Part shown: one piece after another, positions 26,101 to 38,259 of the stretch | How the letters are laid out: every line of letters starts with the position of its first letter | How positions within the stretch are numbered: position 1 is the stretch's first letter | From: Raillietiella orientalis | Taxonomy: Eukaryota | DNA length: 64,000 nt | Direction of reading: 5' to 3' | Assembly (NCBI GenBank): GCA_036172245.1 | Contig: JAYWIR010000002.1 | Span: 5,394,001-5,458,000 of the forward strand | Made by a program: the position numbers and the translations under genes | Notes under the pieces: model-generated | What the model was told of the DNA's origin: nothing | The model's database searches: none | Seen by the model: only the letters and a program-made list of their open reading frames with translations

Positions 26101-26520
26101 GCCTGAGCTGTGCTCGCAGCCGAGGGAATTCACCCGCCTTGCAGCCTTCGTGGAGACTGCGGCGGTGTGGCGCCCCACCTGAAACAAAAAGTTTTTGTCC
26201 AATCACATATGGGAGTTGATTTCGTGAAAAGAAACCGGTTATGGATTCGGTGGTTCTCAACTGAAGACAAAAGAAGTTCAGAGGGAAAGGGAGGGGATTC
26301 CACCGACAAGCAGGTCGGGATGTCCGAAAGAACGGGATGGGAGGGAAGGGAAGAGAATGAGGAAACTCAGAGGTCTTTGGGTTCGTTCCGTGCACACCGA
26401 GATCAGTACACGAAAACCGGGAGGGGCACAGAACGTAAGGGAGTGGGAAATGAGAGAAAAACAAAATAAAATAAAGCGGGGCTCGGGTCAAAGGTCACCG
26501 GTGTCCACCGTTCCTTCACT

Positions 26521-27200
26521 TCAGAACCGGGGTTGGATGCCGGAGATCTCCTCCTTGTCTTCCTCTTGCAGGTGAGGCCACCTTGCAGCCGTCCTCACGT
26601 AGGCGGCTGCCATTCCCGCGACCTCCCTTCGCTTGGTGGCCTCGAGCACACAGCGCTCCGTGACGATAGCACTGCGATGGCCGCGATCATCGCGCCCGTC
26701 GAAAGTCCTCCCGGCGCGAAGAACCGGCGCGGCAGGTAGCGTACGATGTCCTGCTTGTGCGGGTGCGCTGACCCCAGCCTCCGCCACGGTTCCCGGAGGG
26801 CACCGCAGCACGAAAGCAGGTGCATCGGGATTGACTCCTTCTACCTGCACCAGGAACAACAGTTTGGGAGGAAAACGAGGGTGCCGGCGCTCGTTGCCCT
26901 GGAACCCCCAGTGCTGAAAGAGCAGCACAACCTGCTCCCAGGAGAGTGGTAACACAGAAGCGTACAGGCATTGGGGAGGGACCGCAATTTCTGTCAGAAG
27001 TGGATTCCACCGAAGGAGTCCCGTCTCCGCAGCACGCGGAGTGGCGGCATCCGTCAACCCGCGCGTCTTCCAAGGAGTTTTGTCTCCCCTGCGATGGTGC
27101 AGGGAAACTCCCAGCTCGCCGCCGGTTGGTAACTGTCGTCGCTTGTCCTCAGAGCAGGAAGCGCTGCGGCGAGGGGTGTGTCGGCCTGTGTCAACCACTG
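26521..27200 (-). mobile_element. L1/Tx1-like ORF2 3' end with zf-RVT
   Basis: WKTRGLTDAATP..., CSWCR*KESIPMHLLSCCGALREPW, and the end RTAARWPHLQEEDKEEISGI. Confidence 0.65.
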
Positions 27201-27639
27201 TGCCGCGTCCTGCATCACCACTTGCAACAATAGGTCCCCGGAGCTCTCGCGCACATTTTGGAAAGGCTACGGAGAGGAAGGAACGGTCTGCACACTAAAG
27301 ACCCCTTTTTCTCCATGCCTTTCCTTTGTCCCCGATCTTTCGTTCCCGTCTCTGCTTGCCCGAGCTGAGGGTTGGTCAACTCTCCCAGCAGACATTCGTC
27401 TGCTTCCCTTGACAACTGAACTTTTTGAAGGTTCATCTTTCAAGGAGCGGCCGCTCCGGCGTGATCCCCTCATCTTGGATAGACTGGTCTCTTATTTGAA
27501 AGGAATCCATGAAATGCAGAGCTACAGAGATAGGGAAGTCCCAACCCAAAGGGACAGCCCTCACAGAGGACAGCACCAGGGAAGAGTGGACAGAGAGGAA
27601 GAGAGGGCAATGAACGAATAAATAAATAAATGAGGAATG

Positions 27640-29250
27640 GGGTGGACTGGCCTCAAGGTATTCCTCCTGATCCCCGAGGGCCTGCTTCGGGCAGGCGAGG
27701 GGCGAAAGGCAAAAGGGGGGTGGGATTCTCTCGTCTGGTTCCGGGTCAGCTGGTTGTCCGCGAGCGTTCCAAGGTCCCCTCGTACCCCACTTCCTGGATT
27801 GGGCCGCTCCATCGCCCTTCGCAAGTAGACGATGACGATGTCAAACGGCTCTCGAGGGCGTCGGCGTGGCGGTCGGCGTCGCTCGCACGTGGCAGAGCGT
27901 CGCAGGCGACCGACAAGCCCGGAGGAGGTCAACATCCCTCCAAAGAGGTCTTCTGGGGCGGCATCGTGAAACCGGAGTGCCTCAGAGATGCTCTCCTGCC
28001 TTTGACGCAGTCTCCCATTTTCCGTCAGCGTGCGGGATGTCTCCACTGTCCTGCGCTGGAGGCACTCCTTGGACACGCTCCCCGCTGAGGAATGGAGGCG
28101 TTCCTTGTTTCGCAGGAATACCTGGCGCGTCAGCAAGACGGCTGTCCTCTGGCGCCGAAGAGGGGAGAGGAAGAGTGGGGACGTCCATCAGGAAGCAAGG
28201 GTTCTCGAAAGTTCTTCAGGAGAATTCCCAGACATTCCTGTTATCTTCGAGGACCCTTTGGGAATGACGTCGTGCGCCGGGAGAGAGGTTTCCCACTGGC
28301 CCGTAGGCTCGGAGACCCTGATGATATGGTAGGTCACCTCTCATGACGGGAGGTATCCTCTTCCCCTTCATCACAGCCCTCGGAAGGAAGGAGAACCCCA
28401 GCGCGACCGGGCTAGGAAGGGCAAACTTCGAGCGCAGGAACGCGGGGGCCGGGTTCTGTCTGCACATAGGGATGACCCGCGCTGTCCACAGGAGCAGCCC
28501 CTTCCTCCTCCTCCCCCAAACGGGTTGCCGGAAATCGACAGACTCTGTGGTGCTCACAGGGGGGCATCTCCACTCCACAGACAGGTCTTTTCCGTCTCCC
28601 AATGACTCTCACCTCAGGCGGTCCGTGTTGAGTTTCCGCGGCACTTCCGCCACTGCACTGTGCAGGGCTCGGTCTCCAAGGAACGAGCCAGGATACGAAC
28701 TCGACTGTTGGAGGACTGAACCGGGGGAAAGGGGTAGTGATTCCAGCCGGACATCCGATCTTCCTCGACGGGTCTTCGAGCCCGAATTGTCCGAGGAGAG
28801 GGTTTGGCCCCATGCGGGAGTTTCCCCCGGAGCAGTCGCGGGGATCAGCCCTCGCACGGGAGCAGCCGAGTTTCTCGTTCAGCCGACCTCCTCAGGAGCG
28901 ACGGTGCGGCATTTGTTCCGACGGCGCCCGCCGAGCGGGCAGTTTCGACCCGTTGGAAGGGCGCTTGGACAAAAGCCCCGGGCCAGGAAGGAAGGCAGGC
29001 AGCTTCCGCGTCCCCGGCGCATCTCGGAAAAGCTGGGGGATGCTCCGGGAACCTCTGAAAAGCAAAGGAAAGGAAATGCTGAGGTGGAGGTGCGAGGCTC
29101 TCAAAGGTCGAGTGCCCCCACGGCTTGCCCAGGGCATACGCACTGCAGAGGTGGTGCTGGAAATGTGGAACGAACTTGTGGAGCTCAGTGGGGTGAATGC
29201 TACCCCTTGTCCCGGGGGGGTCCGTCTGGGGGCTTCCCTGCCTGCCCGCT
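27640..29250 (-). mobile_element. L1/Tx1-like ORF2 fossil (endonuclease, linker, RT start)
   Basis: Remnants LLFRG..FRDAPG (EN), PLLGQF (GDF), FLRNKERLH..RRTVETSRTLTENGRL (linker), NPGSG (PGpDG) and LRPV (RPI). Confidence 0.45.
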
Positions 29251-32200
29251 CGGCGCCCACCTGCTTTGGGGTACCTGGGGGACCTTCCAGCGCTGTGGAC
29301 GATGGCCGAGCTGATTCATTCGAGGGCCGAAGCGTTTCCTCTGCTCCGTCTCGGCCCTCCCGCAGCCTCAGGGAGTGTCCGATCTGGCTGCTGGCACTGC
29401 AAAGAGGGAAGGAGGAGGGGGGGAGGGAAATGCCAGAGATGCGAAGGCGGCTTCCATGTCAACAGTGCGGAAGAGAGAACCCGAGGCCGCCTCCTAGCAG
29501 CCGCTTTCCCGCCGAAAATCGCCGGAGCGGTTTCCTGGGATCTTACAAAAGGTGGGGGGGGGGGGAGGCCGTGATGACTCTGTGTCAAAGGCCACCGCGG
29601 CAAGCGATCACGCTGAGTGATTTTTTTGGTCCTTCACGGTTGCCCACGATATCTTTGCGGGGTATCGCGCTGTGATCTCCGTCCGACGGCGGACCTAGCC
29701 ATATGTTGCGCTCGGGTCCTCGGCGTCTGCTCGCCGCTCTACTTGAATAGCCCCCGGGCTGTTTTGAGCCAGCATCATCCCGACGTCTCTGGACCTGGGC
29801 ATCTCTTGTAATCTATCAAGGTCTCGGGGGTGTGGCCCGTGGCCTACGACTTCCCCCCGACTGCGGCTGAGCCTCGCCGGGTGTCTCCCCTGTGCCCTCG
29901 GAGCGAAAGTGGAAGGCGCCCACGAGGTGCAGGCAGCGTTTTCCCAGAACTGGAAATTTTTCCTCCAGGGACCCCCGTTCCGGCGGGGGCTCTGGACTTG
30001 GAGAAGAGAGGGACGGGAAGAGGTCGCCTTTCAAGGGATGGGAGGTTTTGCCCTGGTTTCTCTCAGCCTCCCTGAGGGGCAGCTCTCCGGCCCCATCGGG
30101 GCTCATCGGAAGAGCGAAGTGCAGGGCGGTCTCCCTGGAGATGGAGGCAGCAGAGCCTCACTTCCTATCCGACAGAGCCTCCGATACCCGCCAGCAGGGC
30201 CAGCTGCTCCCGAGGGGCGAGTGGAAGAGCAGCGGTGCACGGAGGAATTCCTAAGAGACGTGTCCGCGGCGCCCGGCGTCGCTCTCCGCACGCCGGAGGG
30301 AAAGAGCGCGGCGACTCGGTGCGGGGGCGGTGGAGCGCGTAAGCCGCCAAGGAACGAGCGCCAGGATCCGCCTTTCCTTCGCCGGTGGCGTCACACGGGG
30401 CAATCGCGCCGTCGGACGCCTCCCATGGGAAAACGAAGCTTCTCACGGAGCCAGTAATTGGCACCACCGGCTCCGGAGAGGAGAAGATAGGGAAGAGAAA
30501 AGACCCGGAACATCTACTGAGCACCCACGTCCGCGCACGTCTCTCTCGGACCCCCCCAGGGGCGAACGCATTGCATGCGCGCTACAGGCAGATGCCGACC
30601 CGGGGGCAGGGCACTGACGTTATATCCGCGTTACCCCCACACTGCGGAAAGAGAGGCTTCCTGGAGGCCCTCCAGCTCTACCTTTTGGGACCTTCTCCGC
30701 GGGATGCTGGACAGCTACCGTTCCCGAGAATGCGGGCATAGCGGAGGTCAAGAGGATGCAGACCAGGAGGCCTGTCTTCGCTCCCTCCTTCCACCCCCAC
30801 TCGCCGCATGTGGCTTGGATGGGGAGAACCCCAAAGGGTCCTCTGGATGAAGAATGGGGCGTCCCTACTCTGGGAAGACGAGTCGTGTGGAACCGTCCTT
30901 GCGTGGGTGCTCGAGAAGGGCAGTCCTCGCGGGTCTTTTGAGGGCCCTCGTTGGCGTTCCCTTTTCCTGAACGAGGGTCCGGGACTCTCACCTTCGTCCC
31001 TCCCTACCTCTCCCAGCAATCCAGACTCGCGCGCGAGCGACGCAGCTCCAGCAGGAGGAGGAGCCAGGCAGTGAAGAGTTTAGAGTCCTCGATTCGCGGA
31101 GCAAGGCGCGTTCTTCTCCTTTCCCTACTTCCCCTCCTCCTTCTTCTCCTTGCTAACCCGTTTCCATGGAGGCGAGCGATCCCAGCTTCCGGTCCGCGCT
31201 TCCTCCCACGACGAGACTCCCTCCGCCTCTACTTCAGCGCCCCGGAGCGCACGCGAGGAAGGCCCAGGGAGCCTCCGGGGAGGCAAGGCGGGAGAGGAAG
31301 GGGAGACACGACTTCTCCGCCTCTTCTCCAGCCCGACGCACATGCGCCGAGCGCGCTACCTCTTCTCGCCGCCAGTCTCGGGAAACCCGCGGTCCGGCAC
31401 GACGCGGGAAGATCCTAGTGGTGCCGTGGTGCTGGGAGACGCATTCTCTCGTGCAGCTGCTCGCTACTACTGCAGAAGCTGCGGAGAAAGGGAGAAGGTG
31501 AGAAAAAAAGGAAAAGGAGGTGAGGAGGAGGAAAGAAGAAGGAGGAAGAGGAGGAGGAAGACGAGACACCTTCAGCAGACGGAAACGCGGAAGGTGGCCT
31601 CAGAGGGTTCCAGGGTTCCTCCTCATCGTCCTCTGGCCTCCAGCCAGCCAGTCCATGAACCTCTTCGCGCTCTTCGGGCTGCATCCGCTCTCTTCGAGGT
31701 TTCGAACATCATCTGAGCTCCACTGGGCCAGTGCCTGCCCTGTAGCGATGGAAGGAGGGAGGGGCGGTGGGATGTGGGAGCGAGGTTGCTGCCGTTGCAA
31801 ATTGCCCCTCCCCTCCTTCGTGTCCCCTTCGCCCCCCCTCTCAGAGTAGCCTCTTTGCGACCCGTCCTCCGCGAGAGGCCTGCGTTCCCGCGAGACGCAG
31901 AACTTCACACCTCGCGTCCTGCAGTCCTCCGACCGGGAGACGAGCGTCTCCTTCGCTCTTCTGCTGCCGCCCCCTCTTGCACGGATCGCCGGCGGCGGGG
32001 TTGCCGAGGGGCATCGGCGGCCACGCACACTTCCTGATGTATTGCTGCTGTTAGGGACTCTCTGAGACGACCCAGGTCCGGCGAGCGGCGCTCCCCGTTT
32101 CCATGGAGACCACCGGAGGCGCATGCGCCCGGACATGCTTTCAGCGGAGGGGAGAGTCACCTCTGCCCCCGGACCCCAAGGGGGGCTTCTCCCTAGATCG

Positions 32201-32899
32201 AAAAGGTGAAAGCACTCTCATCCTTCTCCTGGATCCAGCTGCGGGGAAGATGGGTCCTCCCCTCGGAGGAACATCGAATGGTCGCGGCAAGACAATGGAC
32301 GAAGCTTCGACGCGCCCTCCCCTTCGCGCTCGCGCCCGGTGGCAGGGCGCGACCCCGCTAGCAGAGGAGCACGCTCGCAGCTCGCCGCGTCCGCCCCCAA
32401 ACGTGTGGCTCCATCTGTCATCCAGCATCCGACGTCCGCTGGAGCTGCGCGACCGATGCCGCTCGACCGGCCCTCGAGATGACTGCCGGCAATCTCGAGG
32501 TCGCAGCTCCTCGCGCTCGGAGAGAGTCCGAAGGCCTTTGATGTAGCCGCCCTCGTCACACCCTGCGAGATGCGCCTCTCTCACCCTCGTCCCTCCCCGA
32601 GAGATCGCCTTTCCGGTCCCATGCGCTAAGATGTAGCGGCCGCCTCCCTGGCGGCGTCGCTTCTTTTGGTCCGCGGCGGGCCGGACGGGGCTCCAGCGAC
32701 GGCCGGAAGCTCCACTCTCTCCCGGTCCATCAAGGTGGCTTTCCCCGGGTCAGGTCTCGAAGACCCCTCTCGGCTGTTTGTGCCTGTGGAGACTCCGGGA
32801 CACCGTCGTGCCTCCGCGGCATCGGTGGCGGTGACGTCACACGACTGCCTCAGCAGCCCGACGGTTCGCACAGCAGGGGCGCCCCGGTCCTCCAGGGAC

Positions 32900-35000
32900 A
32901 CGCCGATGGCTCAAGAAAAGGACAGCCTTCCACGTGCGCGCGTCTCGAGGGGTCCCTCGGCGCGGCTGATGCGGATGCTCCTCTCCGGGGGGCACCACCT
33001 CGCTCCCGGAGGAGTCGTGGCAGGGGCACCGCTGATGCCTTCTGGACGAGTGGGGGTGGGTAGAGCACGTGACCCATCCCGGGGGAGGGGATCTCCATTT
33101 CCGGAAGCTCCCCTTCCATCCCGGCCTGGTCGCACGCCACCGGGGCTTGATAAGGCATTCGTGCGCAGCCTCCTCGCACCCGGCGTGATGCGCGCCTCCT
33201 CCGCGCGTCCCAGATCGCTCCTCACGAGGGCATCCGTTCACCAGGATGAATCGATGTCCTCCCGGCCTGCTCGGAGATTGACCTTTATTAATGGCGTTCC
33301 GGCTGTCCTGTTGCAGGGGTTTACCCTGGGAAGAGATCCGCCGGCCGACAGGGGCGCTCCGCTCCTGCCTCCCTGCTTTCCCTCTTGGAGGGACGGATGA
33401 TCCGGAACTCGACAGGATGGCGGCGGCTGGAGCATCATCCGACAGGATTCTCTGCGCGCCGTTCGATGGATGCTGCGAGGTGGGTAGAAGAACAGAGGAG
33501 GAGGGGTGGGCAAGTCTGTTCTCGTGGCGCTGCATCTCCCGGCTTCTCCGCGCCTGGGACCTACCGGGAGGCGAAGAGCGCCCACATCCGCTTCCGGGAG
33601 GCGAAGGTGAACTCGCGGGCTCCGCTCGCGGGGGGCTCACCGGCTGGCAGGCACCCAAGGAGTGGATGAGGAGGATCTGCGTGGGCTGCTGCTGCAATCT
33701 TCCCCTTCGCGCTCGAGGGTCGGCAGCATCTCCTCGACGATCCCACCGTGGGGACTCCAAAGAACTCTCGGCTATCGACAAATAAAAGTGTGGGAGGGAC
33801 AAAGGGAGGAGAAGATGAAGTGGGGCCAAACTGGAGAGAGAGGCAGCCAACTCTGAGTAGGGGATTACGGGCAAAAGTGGCTCCGAAACCGCAAAATCGG
33901 GGGGATAGGCAGGAACCCGAATGGCCGGACTCCGTCGAGAGGCTCCCTGTTCATTACCATCACCACCATCGTCTCGTCCTCTTGTGGGACAGGTGCGTGA
34001 GCTGGCAAAGAAGAGTCCCCTTTCACGACTCTCGCCCATAGAGGAGTGGGCGAACCATTCCCAGCCCTGTGGAGCTGTCTCAGGAAGTTGAAGGATGACC
34101 AGCGAACCCTCCAGGTGGCTGATGCCTTCAAGTGGGAAGTCCACCCGGCGTCCCAGGTCTTCCTCCTCCCGAATCTTCGCAGAAGAAGGGGGGACGAGAG
34201 GCGGGTGGTCCCAAGGTCACGTAACAACAAAAGCGGGAACGAAGACTCGACCCATCCTGGATCCAAAGAGGGAAGAGCGGGGGGTGAGAAGCTCCCCCTG
34301 CGCTGCTGCCACCCGACGACCGGCGCCTCACGCACCCGCAAGTCCAGTGGGTTTGCTGGAGCCGCGGGACCGACGAAGAGTCTTTGCTGGTAGCACGGGA
34401 TGGACACGACACCAGAGAAGACCCTTTGTCGGCCACTGCACTCTCTCCTGCGCTTGCGACCTGGGAGTGGCACGGGGAGCTTCACGCCGGATGAGGAGGA
34501 CCATCGGCAGCAGTGGCCTGCCGCGACCAGTTCGTGCCACGCGGTGATTCTGGGATGAAACCAGGATTGGCGGTACCCCGCAAGGGAGGTACGCCGGTCG
34601 CTTTGGACGCGGCGCGTCCACGTGAACACGCCTCGGAAGACGCAGCACGAGAAAGGGGAGAGCAGGGATCGCAACGCGGGTCGCCGCTTCGCGTTGGAGA
34701 GAGTCCTGGCAGCCGTGAAGGCGGTCGTCGCGGGTTCTCTGGGACCGTGGAATTCCTCTGGGAATGCTGTCCTCGGGACTTTGAGGGTAGCGCTTGGGGA
34801 GGTAAGGAGGCTTTCTCAGAGGCCTGAGGTGACCTGCGCGGTCACCTTGCACTTCGAAGACACTCGCCACAAGCGCAGGATGGGTCAGCGGCCGAAACGA
34901 GTCCTGTGCTGTCCATCGTCCTGCCGTCAGAAGGATGGAGGACCATCCGGTCACACACAAAACTGGGCGCGGCGGGCGTTCCCTCTGCGGAGGTGAATGA
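32900..35000 (-). mobile_element. L1/Tx1-like ORF2 fossil (EN-RT)
   Basis: GWSSILL, FRGVFTWTRRVQSDR (fTW..SRlDr), GESRERGLFFA (gEk.t.fFf), ILSDD (YADD position), IKVNL (kvNl.Ks) and FRKWR. A possible ORF1 remnant lies upstream at ~36.6-36.85 kb. Confidence 0.55.
33958..34038 (+). repeat. 81-bp direct repeat, copy 1 (copy 2 at 38179-38259)
   Basis: CATCACCACCATCGTCTCGTCCTCTTGTGGGACAGG...; 77/81 identical. Confidence 0.95.
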
Positions 35001-35580
35001 GTCATCCCACCGCTTGCGATGCTGCTCGACCTGCGGATCCATCAGAACCCGTGAGCCACGGTCGCTGCGTGAACCGAAGACTCTCCGCGCAGACGTCCGT
35101 TCCGATGACCTCCGGCAGAAGCGGAAGCCGCGAGCGTCCAGGAAAAGGGACGCCTCTCCTCTGATACTTCCCACTCCGTCATCATGGGCTCCTTCTAGCG
35201 GGAACTCCTCCTCAGGCGGGAAAGGATGACGCCACGCGCGCATGCCCGGGGGGGATGAGGGGGGAAGTCAGATTTGCTGCCATGCGCGTTCCTGGGTCTG
35301 TTCCTCCCAGCCCAGAGGAAAGAAGTGGAGGCGGAGATCAGCCGAAGAGCTCGGAAGGCAGCAGGATCGCTTCGGGGTTTTAGCATTTGGGAGAAGCGCA
35401 AGGGAAGGGTCGGAGTCACTGCAGGTGGCACGGAGGAGGAAGGGGGAAGAGGGCTATGAGGAATCCTTGGGATGCTCCTACCCGGATCCCCTGAAGGAGG
35501 TCGCCGTAGCGCAACTCCCTGGAAAGCCGTGTCCTGCGGGAACGCAGTTTGGCTCTCAACACGCAGGTCTTCGGCACGCA

Positions 35581-35690
35581 GGAAGGGAGGAGGAAGGGAG
35601 GGAGGGAGGAGAAGGAAGAGAGGAAAGAGAGGAAGGGAGGGGGAAGAGGAAAGGAAGGAAGAACGAGGAAAGGAAGGAGGCAGGAGGACG
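35581..35690. repeat. Purine-rich (GA) low-complexity tract
   Basis: GGAAGGGAGGAGGAAGGGAGGGAGGG... almost no pyrimidines over ~110 nt. Confidence 0.7.
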
Positions 35691-38178
35691 CACGGGAACG
35701 CGAGAGGAACGCGCAGCCTGCGTTCTTCTCAGAGACCTTGAGAGCAGTGCGGTGGCGCAGTCAGGGGAGGAGGTCATCGATGACCCCGCTCGGGAGGTGG
35801 CGCTCCGCCCCTGGTGTGCGCAATCCGAGGAGCTTTCGTTCTTGGTCCTCCGTCCGGAACGTCTTCCCTCGCGCTGCTCCCTCCGTGAAGGCGCGCCAAG
35901 GAGAGACCGGCCCGATTACCCGTCCCTCCTACGCCTCCTCCCTCCCCCGCGGTCCCTGAGAGCACCCTCTGGAGTGCGAGAGTCTCGTGGCTCAGGGCTG
36001 CACTTTCTATTTGCGCACGGAGAGAGCATCCAGCATGAGATCATCGAAAGGGAAAGTCCCTCCCCCCCTGACGTTTTGTTTGATCTTCTTGGGTAGCTGG
36101 GTATCCAAAGCGCGCACAGAAAGCGGTTGCGTCACTTCGACCGGGGAACTCGCCACGTCGTGACCTCCCTGCCGTACGCGGGCGCTCTTCTCACGCACGC
36201 GCTGACGGGACGGACCACACGCAATGGGGCCGGCCACCCCTGCCCCCTTGCCCATCTGCCTCCGCTCTCGCAAAAGATGCTCGCAGTGGCTGTCGTGTCC
36301 ATGGGAACCGCCATGCTCTCCGCTCTCTGCAGAGAGGGACATAGGTCGCCGCCGCCCTCTCCGCGCGGAGAAGGAGAGGAGGCAACCAGGGAAGCCGCGA
36401 GCGTCACGAGGCTTCCTATTGACCGTTTCCTGCCCGGAGCTCGGATTCCTGCAAAAACCACTGGCGGCCTCCCTGCTTTGCCGCCGTGCCGGCTTCCGTC
36501 CCAACAGCCGCGGCAGGGAGACCTCGGGTTTCCTCCTTCTTGGATCTAGCCGTTCCTCGCACCCTGAAGAAGTGACCCCTCCCTCCCGCCGACCGAGGAC
36601 TCCGATCCCTGCAGGACCACATCCCATGGTCCACAGAGTGACGCGTCTCAAACGCTCAGGACATTGCAATCTGCTTTGGGAAAAAAGGGCGTGCGACCGC
36701 GTGCAGCGACCAGCTGAGGAAAACCCCGTGGACCTACTAGGGGTAGGGAATCTCCATCAGAGTTCGAATCGGTGTCTGGGCAGCCATAGCTTTGGCTGCC
36801 TTCTTGCGGTGAATTGTATGGAAGGGGAGTCACGAAGCTCTGGTGACCCTAGTGAGCGTTTACTCGACCTCGGGGCGCCCCCGGTTTGGAGAGGAACCCG
36901 AAGTGCTGAACCCTTGACAGTCCACTGAGCGGAGTGCAACAGAGCCCCAGGGGAACTTGGCAGCCGTCAGTACAACCGACCTGTTTGAAAGGCCTCGCCT
37001 CCTTCCCTCCATCGTTCACTCGGCCTACTCCCGATCCTCTCTCCAGTTCTGTCACCGTTCCGGCCAAGATCAGGAGCAGCAGGGTGCCTCCCGAAAGAGC
37101 ACCGGAAAAATCATGCGGGTTAGCGGGCTGCAGGGAATCTTCGGAAAGAAAAGATTCTCTCCGACTAAGCAGGGAACTCCCTCGCCGGGAGGTTCCCAGG
37201 ATCCACGGCTGCACCCTTGTCGGAAGGAAGCGTCCAGAGGTCCGTAGGGGGAAAAGAACCGGAAGCAGGAAGGTGCGAGGAACTCGTTCGTGATGCAGGA
37301 TTGCTGTGTCTCTCGGACAGGGACCTCAAGCTCCATATCTCGTGGCTTCTTTGCAGAGGAGGAGGAAGGCAGGGAGGAGGAATAGGACGGACGGTAGCAG
37401 TGAATCATGGAGACGTGAGGGAGCTTGCAAGGGTGATGGTCTCCAGCACTTGGACTCTTTCCGAGTATCGGCGCTGCATCAAGGAAATTATCGACACCAA
37501 GCTATCGCCTCGGGACCACAAAGTCCCGGTTCCGTGCACGAGCCGCGTAGTCCCAAGGTCCAGGTTCTTCTACATCCCTCACTCTTCTTCCTTCGCTCCT
37601 GCCTCACTCCTCTCCCCTTCCCTCGTTGCTCTCCTCCTCCCAGACTAGACCGCTACAGAGGTCGTTTGAGTTCTCCTCCCACATTCCTGTTGCCCTTAGA
37701 GAAAAGGGGTGAGGAGGAAGTGAAAAGAAGGAGCGCGCTCTTGTTGCTTCTTTCTCCTTCCTTTTCCAGAACCTGGAAGGCACGTCTCCGCCGCGCACCT
37801 TGTGGACACCTCTCGGTTCGTCAGGAAGGGAAAGCTTCCGTGCCGCCTCTGGGGGACCGTCTCCGGGACAACTCCCGCAAGGCGAGTGTCGCGAGTCCTC
37901 GTGCGAGGCTGGAAGCTGTCAGTCCCATGAGGCTGGGTACGCTCCCCCCTCCGGCGAATAAGAGGACCACCCGCCGCTCGGTCGCACCCCAAGGAACTGC
38001 AGCCTGCAAGCAACCTTGCAGTAGGCCTCCGTCCCCTCACGGAGAAGGGTCTTCGTGTCGTAGGGCTCCGGCACCCAGGCCTCGCTCGAGCTCCCCTCGC
38101 GGTCGGCAGCGCGCCGCCGAGGGGGACAGCATCTCCGCGCTCTCCCCGCGGAGCCCTCGCTCTTCGCCTCCCCCTCTT

Positions 38179-38259
38179 CATCACCACCATCGTCTCGTCC
38201 TCTTGTGGGACAGGTGCATGAGCCGGCAAAGAAGAGTCCCCTTCCACGACTCCCGCCCA
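38179..38259 (+). repeat. 81-bp direct repeat, copy 2
   Basis: Matches 33958-34038. Confidence 0.95.

Noticed and set aside
32837..34144. 435-aa minus-strand ORF as an intact gene
   Set aside because: LINE motifs switch frames through it, so it is a frameshifted fossil rather than a functional ORF.
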